From Crocosphaera subtropica ATCC 51142 (GTDB taxonomy: Bacteria > Cyanobacteriota > Cyanobacteriia > Cyanobacteriales > Microcystaceae), in contig NC_010546.1 in NCBI RefSeq assembly GCF_000017845.1, positions 870,001-902,000 of the forward strand: 32,000 bases of DNA, written 5' to 3'. How positions within the stretch are numbered: position 1 is the first letter of the stretch; every line of letters starts with the position of its first letter. The notes under the pieces were generated by a model that was not told where the DNA came from, ran no database searches, and was given only the letters and a program-made list of their open reading frames with translations. The position numbers and the translations under genes are program-made. Below are positions 25,306-32,000 of this stretch, one piece after another.

Positions 25306-27456
25306 ATGCGAATTTTATTTGTAGGGGCAGAAGTCGCTCCTTTAGCCAAAGCAGGCGGAATGGGAGACGTTATCGGAGCTTTACCGAAAGTTTTACATCA
25401 GTTAGGGTATGATGTGCGAATTATCATGCCTTATTACGGATTTCTAGACGATAAAATAGAGATTTCCTCAGAACCTATCTGGCACTCCAATGCCATGTCT
25501 CAAGAGTTTTCTGTTTATCAAACCACGCTTCCTAACAGTAATGTTCCCCTTTACTTAGTGAAACATCATAGTTTTGCCCCTCGCCGAATTTATGGAGACA
25601 ATGAATATTGGCGGTTTACCTTCTTTTCTAATGCCGCAGCAGAGTTTGCATGGAATTTCTGGAAGCCGAACGTGATTCATTGCCATGACTGGCATACAGG
25701 AATGATTCCTGTATGGATGCACGAAACTCCTGATATCACCACTGTTTTCACGATTCATAATTTAGCGTATCAAGGGCCGGGTCGTGGCTTTATAGAACAT
25801 AACACCTGGTGTCCTTGGTATATGGATGGAGATAATGCTATGGCCGCAGGGATCAAATTTGCCGGACGCATTACCACTGTCTCTCCAACCTATGCTCAAC
25901 AGATTCAAACGCCAGCCTATGGAGAAAGACTGGATGGATTATTATCTTATATGAATCAAAATTTGGTGGGTATTCTCAATGGCATTGACATGGAACTGTA
26001 CAACCCTGCCAAAGATCAGTTAATCTATCAACCGTTTACCCCCTATACTCTTGAAAAACGTATCGCTAATAAAGTCGGTCTGCAAGAAGAAACTGGACTA
26101 GAAATCAATAAAGATGCCTTTTTAATGGGTATGGTGACCCGTTTAGTCGAACAAAAGGGAATTGATTTAATTCTTCAAGTGTTAGATCGTTTTCTGGCTC
26201 ATACAGATTCTCAATTGGTCATTTTGGGCAGTGGAGATCATTATTACGAAAATCAGTTATGGCAGTTATCGGCTCGTTACCCTGGCCGCGTATCAGTCCA
26301 AATCCTCTACAATGATGTTTTATCTCGACGGATTTTTGCTGGTTCTGATGTATTTTTGATGCCGTCTCGGTTTGAACCCTGTGGCATTAGTCAACTGTTT
26401 GCTATGCGTTATGGTTGTGTGCCTATTGTTCGACGCACAGGAGGATTAGGGGATACAGTCACTTTCTATGATCCGATTCACCAAGAGGGAACGGGTTATT
26501 GTTTTGACCATTATGAACCCTTAGATTTATTAGTTTGCATGATTCGTGCTTGGGAAGGATTCCGCTTTAAGGCAGATTGGACAAAACTTCAACAACGGTG
26601 TATGAACCAAGATTTTAGTTGGTATCAGTCAGCAGCCGAATATATTAAAATCTATAAAGAATTATCAGGGCAAGCGGCACAGTTAACCCCTGAAGAAGAA
26701 GACAAAATTAATGTTTTAATTCAAAAAAATCTTGCGTGGGATATAAATAAAAATGGAAATCTAAATCAAGAAGTGACAGAAGATAAACCTGAAAATGCTA
26801 ATGAAATAGCTGAGAAAGAAAAAACATTTGTTCAACAAGAAACCACTAATCTTGAAAAGACCAACCCAGAAGACTCCTCATCGGAAATAACTGCTTCAGA
26901 AAGCCAAACCTCAGAAGAAGATAAAGCTAAATCAGAAAATAACAGTAATATTGAGGAAGAAAACCCTGACAAATCCTCATCAGAAATAACTACTTCGGAA
27001 ATGAAAACCTTAGAAGCAGAGAACAAAAAAGAAGAAGAACCCAATGGGAAAAATAAGGAAGAAAAATCCGAAAATTTATCATCGGAAATAACTGCTTCGG
27101 AAATGAAACCCTCGAAGGTAGAAAATAACAATAAAATTGAGGATAAACAACCAGAAGACTCTTCATCTGAAACCATGACTTCAAAAATAGAGTCATCAGA
27201 AACAACGATGCAAAAATCCCCCATACAAACAGAAAAAATAGAGAGAGAAACCCCCTTACCTAACCCTAGTTCTACCCATCATTTGACAACAGAAACAGCA
27301 GGGAATCAAGAAATTACCAACAACAAACAGACCTCGGTACAAAGGTCTATGTCTTCTATTTCTAATTCTATGATAGAGTCTTCTCAAACTGAAATCGTGA
27401 CTTCAGAAAAATACCATTCACAAACAATGAATATCAAACAAGATATAGAATACTAA
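25306..27456 (+). CDS. glgA: Glycogen (starch) synthase GlgA with a long low-complexity C-terminal extension
   Basis: The N-terminus is MRILFVGAEVAPLAKAGGMGDVIGALPKVL (the KxGG motif). It also has HDWHTGMIP, and RFEPCGISQL with RRTGGLGDTV. The catalytic domain ends near AAEYIKIYKELSG (about aa 455), and 260 more residues follow. Confidence 0.9.
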   Translation: MRILFVGAEVAPLAKAGGMGDVIGALPKVLHQLGYDVRIIMPYYGFLDDKIEISSEPIWHSNAMSQEFSVYQTTLPNSNVPLYLVKHHSFAPRRIYGDNEYWRFTFFSNAAAEFAWNFWKPNVIHCHDWHTGMIPVWMHETPDITTVFTIHNLAYQGPGRGFIEHNTWCPWYMDGDNAMAAGIKFAGRITTVSPTYAQQIQTPAYGERLDGLLSYMNQNLVGILNGIDMELYNPAKDQLIYQPFTPYTLEKRIANKVGLQEETGLEINKDAFLMGMVTRLVEQKGIDLILQVLDRFLAHTDSQLVILGSGDHYYENQLWQLSARYPGRVSVQILYNDVLSRRIFAGSDVFLMPSRFEPCGISQLFAMRYGCVPIVRRTGGLGDTVTFYDPIHQEGTGYCFDHYEPLDLLVCMIRAWEGFRFKADWTKLQQRCMNQDFSWYQSAAEYIKIYKELSGQAAQLTPEEEDKINVLIQKNLAWDINKNGNLNQEVTEDKPENANEIAEKEKTFVQQETTNLEKTNPEDSSSEITASESQTSEEDKAKSENNSNIEEENPDKSSSEITTSEMKTLEAENKKEEEPNGKNKEEKSENLSSEITASEMKPSKVENNNKIEDKQPEDSSSETMTSKIESSETTMQKSPIQTEKIERETPLPNPSSTHHLTTETAGNQEITNNKQTSVQRSMSSISNSMIESSQTEIVTSEKYHSQTMNIKQDIEY
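26866..27186 (+). repeat. Four in-frame imperfect repeats inside the glgA tail
   Basis: 36-nt cores start at 26866, 26965, 27067 and 27151, giving spacings of 99, 102 and 84 nt. They encode PEDSSSEITASE, PDKSSSEITTSE, SENLSSEITASE and PEDSSSETMTSK. Confidence 0.75.
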
Positions 27457-27672
27457 ATAGGCATCCCCCATCATTGATTGGCGTTGATAGTGGTTAGCTT
27501 TCTCCTAGAAACATTCAAAGAAGTAAGTGGACTTCAAAACTAACAGGATCAGATGCTAACATAAATTGAGTTGAGATTGAGTGGATTATTACCTTAAATT
27601 TCTTCCACTTAACTCTAACTTTTTCAATTCTATTATCATTTAGTTGGTTAACGAAACTCTCTGATAAACATT

Positions 27673-29352
27673 ATGTTTGTTCTACGTTATTGTGTGTGTG
27701 CGAGTGTTAGTCTGTTGTCGGCCTTATCTTGGAATACAGGTTTAATGGCCCAAACCGTATCTTCTGTCGAAGGAGAATCTGAAGCTGCTAAGTTGCTCTT
27801 ACAACCCAACAGTAGCCTCAAATCCCAACCCCGTGTCAGTGATATCAAACGGATGAAAGACGCTTCTGTCTCATCTGAAACCAAGAAAAAAACCACAACC
27901 CCCCTCAAAGCTAAGAAAAACTTAGACCAGAGAATGAGAATGGTTTCCCAGTCCACAACGCCTCCCAGTCTCGAAGCCTCTGAAGCCTATTCAGAAACAA
28001 TTCTTGAACAATTACCCCCCAATAACCTGAATCCTAATGGGAATCCTTTGTTGTTTCCTACTAAACCAGAGAATGTGGAAACAACCATCAACCAACCTGT
28101 GACCTTAGGAGAAGTGATTGCTCTTGCGCTTCAAAATAATCGAGAAATACAAGAGGCTCGTATCGCAGTCGAAGAAGTTAAAGCCCGTTTAGTCCAAGAA
28201 AGAGCAGCTTTGTATCCAACTATAGATGTAGATTCGAGGATTAACCGTGACTTTATTGAACGACAGACCGGAGACTTTACTAGAGGAATTCCTGAGACTG
28301 TAGTTGAGTCAAGGCAAACCACAGGAATTTTTAATGTTGCTCTACAATATGATATCTATTCTGGTGGGGAACGGGATGGCAGTATTAAAAGAGCAGAACG
28401 GGAAATTCGCGATCGCCAATTAGAGTTAGAACGCATTTCTGAACAAGTCCGCTTTGAAGCCACAGATAACTATTACCTTTTACAAAATGCCGATGCTCAG
28501 GTAGCCATCGCCCAAGCAGACGTAGAAAATGCCTCTCAAACCCTACGAGATGCCCAACTTTTAGAACAAGCAGGGTTAGGAACTCGATTTGATGTACTAC
28601 GGGCTGAAGGGGATTTGGCCGCAGCCAATGAGGAGTTAACAAGGGCGATCGCTGAACAACGAACGGCAAGACGTAGGTTAGCAGAAACCCTGAGCGTAGG
28701 ACAGCACGTTCAATTAGTGGCGGCCGATGAAATTACAGAATCAGGAAACTGGAAGCTTTCCCTTGAAGAAACCATCGTTCAAGCCTACAAGAATCGTGCT
28801 GAATTAGAACAACAGTTAGTACAACGGGAAATTGGCCAACAAGATCGTCGTATTGCCATGGCGGGCATTATTCCCCAATTAGATTTCCTGGCTCAGTATG
28901 GGTTTGATGATGACTTGGATAATGGTCTGGGGGCTTTGGTGAATTATCGCTTTGAAACCCGCTTAACTTGGCGATTATTTGATGGGGGACGAGCTTTTGC
29001 TGGTGCTAGAGCGGCCGAACGTCGTATGGATCAAGCCAATATTCGATTTGCTGATCTTCGCAATGAAATTCGCTTTCAAGTCGAAGAAGCTTATTATAGT
29101 TTGATTGCTAATCAGGAAAATATTAGCAGCACCCGCCAAAATGTGGCTACTCGTGAAGAAGCCCTCAGACTAGCCAGATTACGGTTCCAGGCAGGGGTAG
29201 GGACTCAAACAGATGTCATTAATGCTCAAAGAGACTTATCCCAAGCACGAGGCAATTTTCTACAAGCTATTATTCAATATAATCAGTCCCTCAATGCTCT
29301 GCAACGAGCAGTGAGTAACTATCCCGATAACCGTCTCTTTGAAATGAGGTAA
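27673..29352 (+). CDS. tolC: TolC-family outer membrane efflux protein
   Basis: 559 aa with a signal peptide and an S/T/P-rich N-terminal linker. Two tandem OEP repeats follow, with long alanine/glutamine/arginine-rich helices (e.g. AQADVENASQTLRDAQLLEQAG and QRDLSQARGNFLQAIIQYNQSLNALQRA). Confidence 0.85.
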   Translation: MFVLRYCVCASVSLLSALSWNTGLMAQTVSSVEGESEAAKLLLQPNSSLKSQPRVSDIKRMKDASVSSETKKKTTTPLKAKKNLDQRMRMVSQSTTPPSLEASEAYSETILEQLPPNNLNPNGNPLLFPTKPENVETTINQPVTLGEVIALALQNNREIQEARIAVEEVKARLVQERAALYPTIDVDSRINRDFIERQTGDFTRGIPETVVESRQTTGIFNVALQYDIYSGGERDGSIKRAEREIRDRQLELERISEQVRFEATDNYYLLQNADAQVAIAQADVENASQTLRDAQLLEQAGLGTRFDVLRAEGDLAAANEELTRAIAEQRTARRRLAETLSVGQHVQLVAADEITESGNWKLSLEETIVQAYKNRAELEQQLVQREIGQQDRRIAMAGIIPQLDFLAQYGFDDDLDNGLGALVNYRFETRLTWRLFDGGRAFAGARAAERRMDQANIRFADLRNEIRFQVEEAYYSLIANQENISSTRQNVATREEALRLARLRFQAGVGTQTDVINAQRDLSQARGNFLQAIIQYNQSLNALQRAVSNYPDNRLFEMR

Positions 29353-29483
29353 ACCTTATCCTTGATTAGTTTTCTTCCTCATATCCCATCTCCACTGTTG
29401 AATCCTTTGGTCAAATTTCTTATAATTTCTTAACATTATAAGTAATGGTTGTTTTATTGATCGGCATAATGCAAGGAGGGCAG

Positions 29484-29780
29484 ATGACTATTAATTTTGT
29501 TAAGGAAAATAAAGAAGTTGTGTCAGCGCAAGGAGCTAACCTACGGGAGAAAGCTTTACAAAATAAGGTAGATATTTATACCTTGAAAGGTAAACTCATG
29601 AATTGCGGCGGTTATGGACAATGTGGAACCTGCATCGTCGAAATTGCCGAAGGGATGGAAAATTTATCGCCCCGTACTGATTTTGAAAAACGAGTCCTCA
29701 AGAAAAAGCCTGATAATTACCGTCTCGCTTGTCAAACCATTGTTAACGGCCCCATCAAGGTAGTTACCAAGCCGAAATAA
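29484..29780 (+). CDS. 2Fe-2S ferredoxin-like iron-sulfur protein
   Basis: The ATG at 29484 is preceded by AAGGAGGG (29473-29480). The cysteine cluster is [10 protein letters not shown] with a distal cysteine in RLACQT. Confidence 0.7.
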   Translation: MTINFVKENKEVVSAQGANLREKALQNKVDIYTLKGKLMNCGGYGQCGTCIVEIAEGMENLSPRTDFEKRVLKKKPDNYRLACQTIVNGPIKVVTKPK

Positions 29781-29867
29781 TAGATAGGACTGATTGCAGT
29801 CATTGACCGTTGTGATGATATTCTAAGAGTTGTTGTTTTGATTTGATAACATAGAGGCCTATTACTT

Positions 29868-29975
29868 ATGGAAGTTAACGATCTTGGCTTTATTGCGACT
29901 ATTCTTTTTGTTCTCGTTCCTACCGTATTCCTACTTATTTTATACATCCAAACCCGTGAGGAAACGGAATCTTAA
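29868..29975 (+). CDS. psbM: Photosystem II reaction-centre protein M
   Basis: This ORF is not in the track (35 aa). Translation: [35 protein letters not shown]. It closely matches the conserved PsbM sequence MEVNxLGxIATxLFVLVPxVFLxILYxQT. Confidence 0.9.
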   Translation: MEVNDLGFIATILFVLVPTVFLLILYIQTREETES

Positions 29976-30008
29976 GCTATTTTTCATTAATGCTTAATTC
30001 AGGCTAGT

Positions 30009-30045
30009 GGGGAAATTTCAATTATAGAAATTCCCCTCTTTTTTT
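30009..30045 (+). terminator. Intrinsic terminator after psbM
   Basis: GGGGAAATTTC, loop AATTATA and GAAATTCCCC form the stem-loop, followed by TCTTTTTTT. The T tract overlaps the stop codon of the convergent yebC. Confidence 0.55.
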
Positions 30046-30814
30046 AACTTTCTACAGTTAACAACATTAATTCATCAGCCATTTCAAAGTTAGTGGTCAC
30101 ATTCTGTACATCATCCAAAGATTCTAAGGCTTCGATGAGTTTAATAATGGATTTTGCCTGTTCATCATTCTCAATGTAAATGAGATTATTAGGTATCCAT
30201 CGTAATTCTACTTCTGTGACATTAAAGTTTTTATCATTCAATGTCTGACTTAATGTATCTAAGTTAGTCATCTCTGTAAAGACTTCTGCTGCTTGATCGT
30301 CGTCTTCTTCGTATAATTCATAACTGTCGGCTTCTCCTTCCATAGAAGCTTCTAATAGGGCATTTTCATCGATGTTACCTTCTATTCTCACCACCCCTTT
30401 TTGTTCAAACATCCAACTGACACAACCGGTTTCCCCTAAGTTGCCCCCGTTTTTATTAAAGGCAGACCGCAAGTCGGCTGCCGTACGATTTCTGTTATCG
30501 GTAAAGGCTTCAATGAGAATAGCAACCCCCCCAACGCCATACCCTTCGTAGCGAATTTCTTCATAAACCGTGTCATCGTTTTCGTAGGTTCCGGCACCTT
30601 TAGCGATCGCCCGTTCTATATTATCATTGGGTATGCCGGCTGCTTTGGCTTTTTCGATAGCTGTTCGTAGTTGAAAGTTTCCGGCTGGATCAGGAATGCC
30701 GTGTTTCGCTGCGACAATAATTGCACGGGATAATTGAGCAAAGGTTTTCCCTTTTTTGGCATCTACTCTTTCTTTTTGGCGTTTAATATTTGCCCATTTA
30801 CTATGTCCTGCCAT
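30044..30814 (-). CDS. yebC: YebC/PmpR family DNA-binding transcriptional regulator
   Basis: The N-terminus MAGHSKWANIKRQK is invariant in this family. The length is 256 aa. Confidence 0.9.
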   Translation of the reverse strand: MAGHSKWANIKRQKERVDAKKGKTFAQLSRAIIVAAKHGIPDPAGNFQLRTAIEKAKAAGIPNDNIERAIAKGAGTYENDDTVYEEIRYEGYGVGGVAILIEAFTDNRNRTAADLRSAFNKNGGNLGETGCVSWMFEQKGVVRIEGNIDENALLEASMEGEADSYELYEEDDDQAAEVFTEMTNLDTLSQTLNDKNFNVTEVELRWIPNNLIYIENDEQAKSIIKLIEALESLDDVQNVTTNFEMADELMLLTVES

Positions 30815-30857
30815 AAGAATATTTTTAATAACTATCTTTATTATATTTTAGCTTATT

Positions 30858-32000
30858 TTAGAGTTTGTATTGTTCTTGAATTGATAAGAATTTTTGGTTA
30901 ACTTCCTTTGCATTTTTAGCAATTTTACCAAACTCTACAAATCGTTTTAACTCTTTTCTTAATAAGTTTCGTTCTACTTCCCAAGTTTCTCGATCTAAAT
31001 CGGGAGGCATCACTATCATATCATAGATGATCGCTTGTTTTTTATCAGGATAAGGTCGCAACACTCTGCCTCTTCTTTGAATAAATTGATGGGGATTTCC
31101 ACTACTGGCTAAAATTACTGCTTGTTGAATTTCTGGGATGTCTATCCCTTCATCTAAACAACGAATAGAGACTATGCCTTGTAAGTCTCCTTTTTGCAAT
31201 TGTTGACGAATTTTTTCCCTTTCTGCTAAGGTATTTTCGGCGGTATAAGTGTTGACTCGATATCCTAATTCTCTACCTAAAATGTGAGTCACTGCCGAAA
31301 TTTGTTTTTGATAATTGTTCGGTTCATTTTCTAAATAGCCATCCCCACAATAAAATAGAGTATGTTTAGTTTCTAATAAGGTTTTCATCAATTTTCTGAG
31401 GGCGGTTAATTTATTTTCTGCGGTTCCAATTAAACGCGATCGCTGAATTAATAAGGAGGTTAAGTTATCATTATTTTTTAGATTATCATTTTTTCCTAAT
31501 GCCCAACCAATACGCTGAGTTAATTTAGCATAGGTAAAGGCTTCTGATTCGGTTAAATTAACAAATATAGGGTAGTATAAATAAGGCACTAAGGCTTGTT
31601 TTTTGATGGCATCAGCTAAGGTAAATTCTGGTTTTATGATGTCTCCAAAATAGTTTAATAAAGCGTCGGTTCCTTCTTCATCAAAATAGCGTTCTGGGGT
31701 AGCTGATAAAGCTAATCTTAAGCCAATATTACGGGGTAAACTAGATTCTAAACGAGGGGACCCTAAATGATGCGCCTCATCGCCAACAATTAAGGTTTTC
31801 TCAGGAAAAAATTTAACTTGTGATTGAAATCCTTGATTAATTAAAGTAGAATTAGTGGTAATAATAGTTAAAAAAGGTTTTTGTTTACACTGTATATTAT
31901 AGAGTTCCGTTGCTAGTTGACTTTGCCAATTATACACACTTTCAAAGGCTAAAATAGGATTAAGATTAAACTTTTTACATTCTCTTTCCCATTGAAGAAC
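30858..32000 (-). CDS. Superfamily-2 DEAD/DEAH helicase (type III restriction Res-subunit-like), N-terminus beyond the window
   Basis: Motif II is VGDEAHHLG, motif III LSATPER and motif VI QFIQRRGRVLR. The frame appears to continue upstream of the track Met to the window edge, so the gene is partial. Confidence 0.7.
   Translation of the reverse strand, partial: VLQWERECKKFNLNPILAFESVYNWQSQLATELYNIQCKQKPFLTIITTNSTLINQGFQSQVKFFPEKTLIVGDEAHHLGSPRLESSLPRNIGLRLALSATPERYFDEEGTDALLNYFGDIIKPEFTLADAIKKQALVPYLYYPIFVNLTESEAFTYAKLTQRIGWALGKNDNLKNNDNLTSLLIQRSRLIGTAENKLTALRKLMKTLLETKHTLFYCGDGYLENEPNNYQKQISAVTHILGRELGYRVNTYTAENTLAEREKIRQQLQKGDLQGIVSIRCLDEGIDIPEIQQAVILASSGNPHQFIQRRGRVLRPYPDKKQAIIYDMIVMPPDLDRETWEVERNLLRKELKRFVEFGKIAKNAKEVNQKFLSIQEQYKL

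Noticed and set aside
26832-27224. 130-aa and 71-aa minus-strand ORFs antisense to the glgA tail
   Set aside because: These are shadow frames produced by low-complexity GAA/TCA-rich repeats. The plus-strand frame is continuous with the well-supported glgA catalytic domain.
29732-29947. 71-aa minus-strand ORF between the ferredoxin-like gene and yebC
   Set aside because: It is antisense to the unmistakable psbM reading frame (29868-29975) and overlaps the end of the 2Fe-2S gene.

Overview
This window is an AT-rich cyanobacterial chromosomal segment. The assignment rests on psbM, an sphX/pstSCAB phosphate-uptake cluster, a Hik33/NblS-like kinase, a SigA-type sigma factor, many HIP1 octamers (GCGATCGC, e.g. 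3524-3531 and 5883-5890) and STRR-like heptamer arrays. The housekeeping backbone comprises an efflux adaptor, a Tat-signal beta-carbonic anhydrase, sigA, crtE with a divergent PAP2 gene, coaD, and sphX divergent from pstS-pstC-pstA-pstB-pstB. It continues with tRNA-Thr and tRNA-Tyr, hik33/nblS, glgA, tolC, a 2Fe-2S protein, psbM, yebC and a helicase cut by the window edge. Accessory and decayed material sits between these genes. (1) Two near-identical Uma2/DUF820 endonuclease genes bracket a VapBC module and a 43-codon stand-alone PEP-CTERM mini-gene. (2) A tnpA-less TnpB element keeps the RuvC D-E-D residues but has none of the four zinc-ribbon cysteines; it also carries an in-frame GC-rich palindrome inside the ORF and a structured GC-rich 3' end that resembles an omega-RNA scaffold. 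(3) Heptamer arrays and IR-bounded MITE-like elements occur, two of them in intercistronic spacers of the pst operon, where they read as G3N4 G-quadruplex motifs on the sense strand. (4) Short relics remain of a PIN toxin module, a four-helix-bundle gene and a group-II-intron-type reverse transcriptase. (5) glgA carries a roughly 260-aa acidic, serine-rich C-terminal extension with repeats. I found no CRISPR array and no rRNA. All calls come from reading the translations and the sequence by eye; no database search was run.
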